From Craspedostauros australis (taxonomy: Eukaryota), in assembly GCA_030167865.1 (NCBI GenBank), contig JALAGF010006401.1:1-56675 (forward strand): a stretch of DNA of 56,675 nt, read 5' to 3'. The notes under the pieces were generated by a model. It saw only the letters and a program-made list of their open reading frames with translations. It made no database searches and had not been told where the DNA came from. Below are positions 1 to 10,001 of the stretch, one piece after another. The translations under genes and the position numbers were made by a program. Position 1 is the stretch's first letter, and the number at the start of each line of letters is the position of its first letter.

Positions 1-1677
1 TTGATTCCCTCCATGCTGATGACTACTGCACCACTGCCGTGGTCTTAACGCGTGTATCCAACCTGCTTCAACTCAAACAATGGAATCCGAGAGCCAGCTC
101 CAACCACAGCCACTGCTTCATGGTCGTCACTGCCACATGCCATGATCTACACTGCAGTGTATCTACGTATGTGGAGAGCAAGGCGCTGTAATGACTGTAT
201 ACCCTGTAGCACTGAACCAAGTACATCAGTGCAGGGTCTCGCCAAGTTGTGTGGCATCGTTTCTTCACCCTACTAACACTACAAGCTAACTCATAATAAA
301 CACAGACAAGGATTAGCTACAAAGCACTCATCTACTCATCGTTACAGTAACAACTCTTCAATCAGTACACCTCTCTTGAACTGCATCACACGGCTATCCC
401 GAAGCTGGCAGATTCAAGAGACATCCTCCACCGATTCGCGCCGACTACGCCCGAATCCTAACTGGTACGAACGAAACGAAATGAAACTAGATGAGACGAA
501 GTGGAACAGAAGAAGAGGTACCGATCTGGACATGTCGAGAAAAGGGTATCCATGACTGGTGGGACCACCAAAGTCGACGGAGCGTGGGTGTGATGGGTGT
601 GGAAGAACAAGGAATGAAAACCATCCTTTCGTGGACAACACACTACTCCAGCAGGGAAATAGACCGACATGCGTATCGCTAATATAACGTCTAAACAAAA
701 TCAAATTATTGCTTCGCCACGAAGTTTGGTTATGCCGGACTCGATTCGAAACGTCATTGGGTTCTGTGGGCAGTCTGTCCGTCATATGTATCCATGACTA
801 GCAACAGTACCGGACGGTGCAGTGTGATGCGTGTTTGCACACAGCCGTACACAGGCCAGACTGTAATACACAAGACTTCAAAACTGGTTGTGCATGGACT
901 TCTGTCCGCATCGAAACATTTCGAAACCCCAAACTGGTGGTGTCAAAAATGGGAAGAATTGCCACCACCACCACAACAAGCGGGAAGGCGCCGCCAAAAA
1001 GAGACGACGCAGCAAAACCCGCAGGCGACACAGCACAGAGACGCACAAACAGATTCAGACAGACGTGAAGCCGAGGAGACCAAGAGCAACAAGTCGCTGC
1101 TGTGAACGTGCGTTCGTACGACCACCAATCAGCCACCCTCTCGAGACGTTCCTCGCTCCACACTCGCAAACGCATCCAAGAGAGCACAGCCATCATCATC
1201 ATCATCATCAACAACAACACGGCGCTCCACCACCGGAACCGGCCACGCCCCGTATTGGTATTGGTAGATCAAAGAGTAATAGTGGAACAGTGCCACTGCC
1301 ACAATACAACACAACAGCATACGATAGCATACGATAACACACGATAGCACACGATCTGAGACGATCCGAAGGCAACCAAAGGAATCAAAGCTGAACGGAG
1401 CCTGACTGGAGTCCTCACGAAGGCAGAACAACACAACACAAGACAAGGTGAGCAGAATCAAACATGGTCGTCACTATTGATAGCATCAACACTCATAGCA
1501 ACACTCACACCAACACCAGAACTCCACGGTTTCTTGTTGCTGTCGCCCTTTCGCGTTCAATCACTTCCGCCGAACGACTGTCAACAGCAAGATGAGCGAC
1601 GACGCGGCGACGGGAGTCGACGACGCTCGAGGGTCAACGACTGAAGGCCTACCGATCTCGACTCAATCTTCAACAAT

Positions 1678-4600
1678 GTGGATTTCTGGGCCAACAAGTC
1701 GAGCAAAGTACCCGAAAGATTCAAGGAACTTCTGAAGGCAAAGGTCCAAGAGTTGCACGAGGAAGAGCAGAAAGAGCAGGAAGAGCAGAAAGACGATTCT
1801 GACGACTCTGACGATTCTGAGGACGTCAAGCGCACACTTCAGCGCTCACTTGACGAGAAGATTCGCTCAGAAAAAAAGTGCAAGGAGCGCATTCTTGAGC
1901 GGGTCCGTAGTAGTGACAAGGTCCGACGTTTGAGAAAAACCCTCGGCAAATGCACCACGGATTATGGCCCAACCTTGACCGGAAAATGGCTCTCGGATTG
2001 GCTTGATGTCAAGAATGCAATCCCCCAGTGCATCCTCGACGCTGCGCGGACATCCAACGACGATAGCGAAAGCCCCAATCTCAACAACCCACGCCAATCA
2101 ATTCTCAAGAAATTGGCCGAGATCCGCGGTCATCACCTCAATGGCTTTCGTGGTCTGCAGTACACCTCAACAACCGACAACCCAGACAATACTGGCTGCG
2201 CACACTACATCGGCGACCCCAAGTTTCGACACCAAGGAATCAATACTAGGATTCCTCCAATCGTCTTCATCCAAAAACGCGGTGATTCAGACGGCAAGAT
2301 CGACCGGGTTCATGTGTACCACCAGGAGAGTGGTAGCGGGAAAACCGTGGAGCTCGCGGCGAGCGCATACACCAGAGACGCTCTTTTCACCATCGTGACA
2401 ACCTTCAGTGCGGATGTGGCGTTGATCCCTGATGGCCACGAAGGTCTCGATGGCGTCCGCATCAAGAAGACTCGGGATGATACCAGGAAAGACTATCGAC
2501 GCAGAGATGCTTTGAGCGCCCTCACCTCTGCCGTCCGAAGGACTTGGAGGAAGGGACCCAGATGCGGCGAGCTCATCAAATTCATACACAAACTGGACGA
2601 CGAGCGCAACAAGAAGGGTATACGTAAATTGGAGACTCTCCAGGTTGTCGTTGCGATCGACGAAGCAGGTAGTCGCCCAAACCTCGTTAGGGCCGTCATC
2701 AGCGACTACGCCGGGTTTGGGACAATGTTGGGGGCTTTCATCATGAGTGGATGCGACCCTGACGGAAGTCTTCACATAAACAACTCGGTTGACGAAGGCG
2801 CAACTCCAGCGAAGCTCAAGGTGGAGGTTTTGGAAAACCCTTTGAAAACTCTCACCGTCAACGTCCTCTTCTCGATCGCGGGCACCGGTGCTTCGCACGG
2901 AACCGTGGGATCTGTATCTGAAAACTTCGCCCACTTGAAACCCTCCGCGAAGGTCGATCCTAAGCAAGTCTACAACATTCTTCGCCAAGGATTCACAAGC
3001 GGCGGAAAGGCCAACATCATACCACAGTATGGCGAGCTCAAGCAGTTCCCTCTGCTCAAGGCTCTAGTCGATTCCAACGCACGGATGATCTCGATCTACA
3101 TGGATTGCGCCAACTCGATTCGAGACAACAACGAGAATACCAACAAGAAGGCCAATGCTCATGCACAAGAGCAGAGTGCCGTTCTTTCCCATACCTTCGT
3201 CAGATTCATAAAAAGTAACGGTATGTCCGGTTTGAAAGACAAACCGTACTTTGCACGGCTCACAGCACTTCGAGCGATCGCGGTTCTCCTTTTCCAACAA
3301 ACGGCACCCTTCCCACGCGGTCTCAAAGATATTCACGTGAGCGAAATGGATTACGGGATCAGCTTCGAACGTGTCGAGGAGGACTACAAGGACAGAACCA
3401 TCATGCAGATGCTGGTCGCCAAGTATGGCTTGGTGACTGCAAAACCATTCCAAACCGAATTCGAAAACATGCCGGAGGCAGAACCATTCGAGCTCAGTGG
3501 TGCCATGCAGCTCCTTTGCCTTTGGCTCATTCAAGGCGGCACACAAGCTCCGACGGACAAGTCGTTCCTGGGGACAACCTCGACCAGTTTCGAGACTCTC
3601 ACCGGACTGCTGGTCGGTGCTGCCATCGGCGCGTCCGCCGTCATCAAGAAGGACAAGAACGGGCGCGTCCTTGCTGCTCCCGCCCTTGGCTACGAGCATG
3701 GCGAAACTGCCCAACAGGAAGCAGATATCTTTTCTGCCCTCCGCAAGGTTGGAATGACCGTCACCAGGACTAACGCCGTGGCTGGTGCAGCCGCTGCGCC
3801 ACCTTCCCCCTCCTACACGTGCGGAACGACGCGAGGTCCGAAGCCTGTGGAGAGCGGCACCGGCGATCTGTTTTGGTCTCTCAAGGGTGCCCACGCCGTC
3901 TTTCGCTTGGAAGGGCCGGGCATTCCTGGGGTTCACTTCCACAAGTCCATGATGACTTGCATCACGACAGTCGCAGACAAAGGCCGCATCCAGGCTGTTG
4001 TCAACAAAAGGGAGGACGCTGAATTTCGCAAAATGAACGAAGTTCAGTTTGGTGAGGATGGAAACTTACAAGTAACTCCGTTGCGTAAAGTTCGTTCCAA
4101 CGCGATCGAACAGTCGTTGCATTCCAACCATTCAATACTGGCCGATGAGGAGCTGCTCCGCATCCACTGCAAGCTCCTAGGGCTCAAAAATCAACTCTCT
4201 GGCTCCCCCGGCACATCTCAACACACAACCGGAGACGCCGTGAAAATTAGTTTCTTCTTGCCATTCATCAGCATTGCAGATGGCAACAGCAACTTCGCAG
4301 ACGCGTATGTCACTTTCCTTGTGGAGTCGCCGATGGACGAAACAGATAAGAAGCGCTACAGTTTGCGAACAATCTGCATCCAAGCCAAAGATTACGCAAA
4401 GGGCACAAGTCCAGACATGCAAGAGTACAAGAAAAATCTCGACGCAGTGATGACCCCCGGACTGGATACTCTCTTTGGGGGAGACCGGATCTACACCGTT
4501 GCAGGAACGCGAAGCAAAGTTGCTTGGGGCTACACAGGCGGAGAATTCCCATACGTTCCTTTCGTGGTGGACGACAGTGAAATCCTGAAGAATCAGCTGA

Positions 4601-4827
4601 CAGCATTGAGTCAGGGTCGTCAACAAACTGCAAAACAAGGTGAGTACGCCGCATTCCTGCCCGGACCAACAACAGATGCGACATCATCCACACAAGACGC
4701 GGACGAAAGCCTCAACGCACAATTCGATCCCCCCGGAGAAACCAAGAAAAGAAGCAATGAACGTGGGCAAGATGCCTCAGACAACGACAATGTCAACCCA
4801 CCAAAAAAGCAAAAACCAAGCACCTGA
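1678..4827 (+). CDS. Large P-loop NTPase with C-terminal putative restriction-endonuclease-fold (PD-(D/E)xK) domain; Crinkler/RHS (CR)-effector-like; true 5' end unresolved
   Basis: 1049-codon open frame. Walker A-like HQESGSGKT (~2320-2346), Walker B VVVAIDEAG (~2644-2670), downstream SIAGTG strand (~2872-2889), C-terminal FADAYV...ICIQAKDY (~4294-4395). Listed start is GTG, an in-frame TGA lies at 1642-1644, and the first in-frame ATG is downstream of Walker B. Confidence 0.6.
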   Translation: MDFWANKSSKVPERFKELLKAKVQELHEEEQKEQEEQKDDSDDSDDSEDVKRTLQRSLDEKIRSEKKCKERILERVRSSDKVRRLRKTLGKCTTDYGPTLTGKWLSDWLDVKNAIPQCILDAARTSNDDSESPNLNNPRQSILKKLAEIRGHHLNGFRGLQYTSTTDNPDNTGCAHYIGDPKFRHQGINTRIPPIVFIQKRGDSDGKIDRVHVYHQESGSGKTVELAASAYTRDALFTIVTTFSADVALIPDGHEGLDGVRIKKTRDDTRKDYRRRDALSALTSAVRRTWRKGPRCGELIKFIHKLDDERNKKGIRKLETLQVVVAIDEAGSRPNLVRAVISDYAGFGTMLGAFIMSGCDPDGSLHINNSVDEGATPAKLKVEVLENPLKTLTVNVLFSIAGTGASHGTVGSVSENFAHLKPSAKVDPKQVYNILRQGFTSGGKANIIPQYGELKQFPLLKALVDSNARMISIYMDCANSIRDNNENTNKKANAHAQEQSAVLSHTFVRFIKSNGMSGLKDKPYFARLTALRAIAVLLFQQTAPFPRGLKDIHVSEMDYGISFERVEEDYKDRTIMQMLVAKYGLVTAKPFQTEFENMPEAEPFELSGAMQLLCLWLIQGGTQAPTDKSFLGTTSTSFETLTGLLVGAAIGASAVIKKDKNGRVLAAPALGYEHGETAQQEADIFSALRKVGMTVTRTNAVAGAAAAPPSPSYTCGTTRGPKPVESGTGDLFWSLKGAHAVFRLEGPGIPGVHFHKSMMTCITTVADKGRIQAVVNKREDAEFRKMNEVQFGEDGNLQVTPLRKVRSNAIEQSLHSNHSILADEELLRIHCKLLGLKNQLSGSPGTSQHTTGDAVKISFFLPFISIADGNSNFADAYVTFLVESPMDETDKKRYSLRTICIQAKDYAKGTSPDMQEYKKNLDAVMTPGLDTLFGGDRIYTVAGTRSKVAWGYTGGEFPYVPFVVDDSEILKNQLTALSQGRQQTAKQGEYAAFLPGPTTDATSSTQDADESLNAQFDPPGETKKRSNERGQDASDNDNVNPPKKQKPST

Positions 4828-5842
4828 CGGCAGCGATGAATCACAACAACGACGGGGCAACTGCGGGCATCGTGCCGTGAATCAACAACCAGGCAGCGGG
4901 ACCAACGCCGCAAATGCCGCATGCCTCACGAAGGCGTCGTTCATTGCTGACGCCAACCAAAGGAGCACACCGAAAAGGGGTTCGGTGTTTCCAATCTATG
5001 CATACACCCACCCGTCCCTGCATACATGCGTCCTCCAGGACGTCTAGTGGTTCTGACGAGTTGTGCAACGACACTCATGTGGGTACCGATGCATGGCACT
5101 TCGGAAAGAAAGGCTGCGTTGCAGTCTTACCAATATTACACGTAAAGAAAATCACTAGTACCAAATGCACGAAAACATGCAACACTACAAGACAAGCGCG
5201 ACCGCGAATGCCGCGCCGGCATGATCTTCACGTCGACACATCGCTTCCATTGTGCGCGGCACAGTTCCAGTTCCGGCATCAGTATCAACGCCATTCGAAC
5301 ATCCATGGGCGGTGTGCAACACGATGGCATCAACGTACGAGTAAACGCAACGCAGAGCTCTTCTCCTCAAAATGACATGAGGCAAGCGGCACGACAGTCT
5401 TGGCACCTGATGATTCCGGTTGTGAGAGTGGATGTTGCTCTCCCGATGCTTCGATCGACATGTTGCGTAGTGTAAAAGTTGTCCATGTCGCTGCTGCGAC
5501 AAGCACGAGCATGCTGGAAATGTGGAAGCGGAGGCAGTCCACTCGTACTCAGATGTAACAGATATCGATATCGATAGCATCATCGTCATCATGGTGATCA
5601 TAATGGTGCGTATAGTCATTGGCAAAGTGCACAGGTAACTCTGGTAGGCGCATTGGTCCGTACTGCATGCCATGTTTGGAGATCCGCGTTTGTACACGCA
5701 ATTGGGAGAGTTGCCATGGTGGCGACATGACGAGTAGAGTACTGCCGTCACAATCAATCAATCAATCATCTCCGAGGCACCGCCCACCCGTCCACCGCAC
5801 CATCTGACGAGCGATGAGCTTTGGCAATGTTGGCGACGCCGC

Positions 5843-5894
5843 AGACTGCATCATAGACTGCACCACAGACTGCACCACAGACCGCGTCATAGAC
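5843..5894. repeat. Short 12-bp tandem repeat, ~4 imperfect copies (AGACTGCACCAC-like)
   Basis: agactgcatcat agactgcaccac agactgcaccac agaccgcgtcat agac. Confidence 0.6.
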
Positions 5895-6654
5895 TCCATC
5901 GCAATCTGCAACAGAGCAAACGCAAAGGCCAATACCAACGTTCACACTCGTATGTACAGAGTAAACATGTTGTGTCGCGACATGGGTCATGAGCGTCAAT
6001 TTCTTGTGTTCATGCAGGGCGTGGACTGGCTCCGTGGTTCGATTCCGCAGCGCGCTATTTTGACACAGTTGCAGTGGAGTCCGACGATCCATGCATGACA
6101 CCAGCGGATACCACCTTCTGTGGGAATATTCCAATGACACGCATACTTTGTGACCTTGAGAGTGATCAAATTGTGTCGTGACTGAATTTTGTTCCTCAAT
6201 CAAATCAATCACGACTCCAGGAACAATGCGCGCCATTTTTTTCAACAATGTTCCTTGTGTGTTATGTTCAATCAAAACACGGCGAAGATTCTGGATCGAT
6301 CGTGGATCTGGATAACTATCGACCAACCGAGCACGACCTCGGAGTGCCATCGCAACCCAAGACCAAATGAAGTACAACACAGTGTATTGCGAGGACCCAA
6401 ATCGAATGAGGATGATGATCACGACGACTTACACGGGAGATGCTGCTGACCCTGCAACTTGCATTCTGACAGAACAACATCTCGTCATCATCTCATAAAC
6501 CGAGAGTTCAATCAACTCAACAACGCAAACCAACTAAATCGACAACTAACGATTACCAATTTACCTCCAAACCAGAGCCCACGATCTCACCACTGCATAC
6601 GCCGGTCTCACAGTGCTGACATCTGGAACCAATATCACACCTTCCTTTTCCACA

Positions 6655-6926
6655 CAATTCCTTCCACACAACTCCTTTCACATCATTGAAACCAACGAAC
6701 GCGGAAAGCATTTGATTGGCGACGACGATCTCGGCGACAACAGCGGTGGCCAGACCATCGTCGTCATGCCACACTGCCCAATGATGCTGTATGGTACACC
6801 AACGTGCTGTTCACCAACCAGGATCATCTGCTGCTCAGCGGCATGATCATCAGAAATGTATTGGCCAAAGAGCATGCCTTGCTGTCCAGCCAGTCAGGCT
6901 GCGCTGCGAACGATACGGTCGTGCAT
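6655..6926 (+). pseudogene. SRR1-like (sensitivity to red light reduced 1) domain fragment, frameshifted
   Basis: One frame reads QFLPHNSFHIIETNERGKH...QTIVVMPHCPMMLY; after a frameshift at ~6790-6797 the next frame reads YTNVLFTNQ...MIIRN...AANDTVVH. This matches recalled SRR1 motifs NExGK, TLFYMPHC..LY.NLL..NW and AFNDTSVH. No N-terminal half is seen. Confidence 0.5.
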
Positions 6927-7100
6927 AGAACAGCACGCTGCGCGAGTCACCAAAGGCAAGATCCAAGATTTGCCGGGCGCACCATTGGATATATCACTGA
7001 TAGCTATCTTACGAAATATGGTGAAGTAGTTACTTCTCTGATTACAGCCTATTCATTTCCTCTTCTTCATGACGCGCTCACTTCTGTCTACTGTTGTGAT

Positions 7101-9507
7101 TCACTCCTCTTCTCCAGCGGCAGCGCCATCGGCCTCAGCCACCCTGGAAGGTGCGACGGACCGCACGAGGTTCATCAACGTTGTACGATCCATGTATGAA
7201 TCCACTTGCGCAGTACCCTCACTTTCATCCACGACCTTGTACAAATCCATCATGGACATGGCACTGTACTCGTCATCAACTTCATTGCTTGCCGCTCCCC
7301 CATTGCAGATGGCATGGATGCCCCCCATCAGTTGGGGATGTAGAATCAGCTTGCTGCAATCTGGATGAGTGAAGAAGGTCTGTATGTTTCGAGCTGCCAT
7401 CCTCATCGACGCATCTTTCAACACCACGCAGTTGTGTTGATCAGCGAAGATCACCATATCTACCATGGTGTCGTCTGTGAGATGAGTGCGGGCCAACTCT
7501 GCTTCAAGAACAAGCTTGAGTCGCCAGAAGCCGAACTCGTTGGCCACAAGGATCAGCTGTTGTAGATCGTCCTGTCCATGGAGGGTGGGAGTTGGCTGGT
7601 CAGCGCCATCATCATCGTCATGAGCGCCATCGCGGGTATCAGTATCGTTGTCCGGAGCGCTGTGNNNNNNNNNNNNNNNNNNNNNNNNNNNNNNNNNNNN
7701 NNNNNNNNNNNNNNNNNNNNNNNNNNNNNNNNNNNNNNNNNNNNNNNNNNNNNNNNNNNNNNNNNNNNNNNNNNNNNNNNNNNNNNNNNNNGTCATCGAC
7801 ATGCTGATGTTGGATTCCCGAGTCGATCAATGTCTGAATGGACGGAACAGTGACCATGAGGACTCCGGAGTTTGCCTTGATTGGCTGTTGTTCGTCGCCT
7901 TGTCCGCACAGGAAGGTGATGTCTGCCTTGGCCTCAGAACGAACAGCGCTGCGACGATCTTGGNCGATGCTGATGTTGGTTGTTGTGTGGATTTTAGGAT
8001 TGTNGTGCTTGGTTGGTGTTGTGATGGTGTTTGTGTGTCTTTGCTTGCGCACCTGCATCTCTGTTTGCAGCTGTGTCTGCGGTTGCAAGTTGCGACGACT
8101 GAGATGACCGAGACGCTTCATGATTGATCTCATCATCTTGACCTGATATTTCGCTTCGATTAATTTGAAGGGTGTTCCATTGTAGTTTTGGATGCTGATA
8201 TTGACCAGGTACTCGACACATTCAGACTGGCCATGGCAGCATGCATAGTGAAGTGGAGTGTAGCCATCGTTGTCTTTGCAGTTGACATCGGCGTTGCATG
8301 TTTCGATGAGGTACTTCACACATTCCAGGCTGCCTCCAACGCATGCCCCATGAAGTGGAGTGTAGCCATCGTTGTTCTTGCAGTTGACATCGGTGTCGCA
8401 TGTTTCGATGAGGTACTTCACACATTCCAGGCTGCCTCCATAGCATGCATAGTGAAGTGGAGTGTAGCCATCGTTGTCTTTGCAGTTGACATCGGCGTTG
8501 GTTGATTCGATGAGGTACTTCACACATTCCAGGCTGTCTCCAACGCATGCTTTATGAAGTGGAGTGTAGTCATCGTTGGCTTTGCAGTTGACATCGGCGT
8601 TGGCTGATTCGATGAGGTACTTCACACACTCCAGGTGGCCGTTGTAGCATGCCCCATGAAGTGGAGTGTAGCCATCGTTGTTTTTGCAGTTGACATCGGC
8701 GTTGCATGTTTCGATGAGGTACTTCACACATTCCAGGCGGCCGTAGATGCATGCCCGATGAAGTGAAGTGTAGCCATCGTTGTCTTTGCAGTTGACATTG
8801 GCGTTGCATGTTTCGATGAGGTACTTCACACATTCCAGGTGGCCGTTGTAGCATGCCCCATGAAGTGGAGTGTAGCCATCGTTGGCTTTGCAGTTGACAT
8901 CAGCGTTGGTTGATTCGATGAGGTACTTCACACATTCCAGGCTGTCTCCAACGCATGCCCCATGAAGTGGAGTGTAGCCATCGTTGGCTTTGCAGTTGAC
9001 ATCGGCGTTGCATGTTTCGATGAGGTACTTCACACATTCCAGGCTGCCCAAGATGCATGCCCCATGAAGTGGAGTGTAGCCATCGTTGTCTTTGCAGTTG
9101 ACATCGGCGTTGGCTGATTCGATGAGGTACTTCACACATTCCAGGCTGCCTTCATCGCATGCATAGTGAAGTGGAGTGTCGCCATCGTTGTTCTTGCAGT
9201 TGACATCGGCGTTGCATGTTTCGATGAGGTACTTCACACATTCCAGGCGGCCGTAGATGCATGCCCCATGAAGTGGAGTGTCACCAATGTTGTTTTTGCA
9301 GTTGACATCGGCGTTGGCTGATTCGATGAGGTACTTCACACATTCCAGGCTGCCTCCATAGCATGCCCCATGAAGTGGAGTGTCGCCACAGCTGTCCTTG
9401 ACCGTGTTGACATCACGTCCTTCGTTCTGCTCCTTCCATTCCTTCAACACCGACAGATCACCTGTAACAGCAGCACGAATGAGTTGATCGTCTGAGACAT
9501 TCGGCAT
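7101..9507 (-). CDS. Ankyrin-repeat (12 repeats plus N-cap) and C-terminal BTB/POZ-BACK-like protein; putative Cullin-3 substrate adaptor; spans the assembly gap
   Basis: ATG at 9507 (MPNVSDDQLIRAA), 12 TPLH..AC..G.LECVKYLIE..NADVN repeats, then BTB start ADITFLCG...IKANSGVL before the gap. After the gap: LILVANEFGFWRLKLVLEAEL...MVIFADQHNCVVLKDASM (SPOP-like BTB end/BACK), stop at 7101. Joining across the Ns is inferred; the two halves are in different frames at the given gap length. Confidence 0.8.
7665..7791. other. Assembly gap (127 N) inside the BTB domain of the ankyrin-BTB gene
   Basis: Run of Ns in the sequence. Confidence 0.99.
8200..9384 (-). repeat. Coding tandem array of 12 x 102-bp ankyrin units
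   Basis: The + strand motif gtggagtgt (gtgaagtgt at 8763) recurs at 8253, 8355, 8457, 8559, 8661, 8763, 8865, 8967, 9069, 9171, 9273 and 9375, an exact 102-bp period. The core ttcgatgaggtacttcacacattccagg is almost invariant. Confidence 0.97.
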
Positions 9508-10001
9508 GTTGGTCGTTGGTTGTTGAGCTGTTGGTAGACAAACAATTGTTGGATGATTGCTCAATGTGTTCACGGTCTTATGATGAAGATGCTGACTGAT
9601 GGTATGAGACCAAACTGTTGCAAGGAATAGCAAGGTTGTCGTTGTCTTGTTCGCACGTTCTGTTTCTCTGTTCCATGATCGCACCCTGGTTTGCCGTAAG
9701 ATCTTTCTCGACATCGACACACACAAACAACACGAAAGAAACACGAAGAAGGAATGTGTGCGATCGAACTCGATGTTCTGTAGTCCATTGAGTCATTCGA
9801 TGGTCCCTGCGTGTGTGTTGTGTGCGACCATGACGGCTTTTGCATCGTGTTCGTTTCGCCAAGAGTTCGCATGCATCACGATTGAACTCCATCTCGATCA
9901 TCGCCGGGATGGCTCGACACGAACAGCATGGTACCCAATACTATCATATCACAGACAAGAATAATCATGACGCCGGATTGCGTGCTCTAAACGACGTTGC
10001 A

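Noticed and set aside
1..410. Possible LTR 3' end (AATAAA at ~295, ...CACA at 390)
   Set aside because: No convincing primer-binding site, second LTR or gag/pol sequence in the window
5766..6422. 218-aa - strand ORF
   Set aside because: No recognisable domain; its end is built from a 12-bp repeat
7960..8052. Possible intron (GTGCGC donor, CA-rich) between the ankyrin and BTB regions
   Set aside because: The frame is open through it and no phase-compatible acceptor was evident; ambiguous bases prevent a call
8200..9384. Regular repeat with variable inserts, superficially CRISPR-like
   Set aside because: The period is 102 bp, in frame, and encodes ankyrin repeats; there are no unique spacers or cas genes, and the context is eukaryotic
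9508..9744. N-terminal extension of the ankyrin ORF given in the track
   Set aside because: It starts at a non-ATG codon and reads like 5' UTR; ATG at 9507 immediately precedes the N-cap repeat
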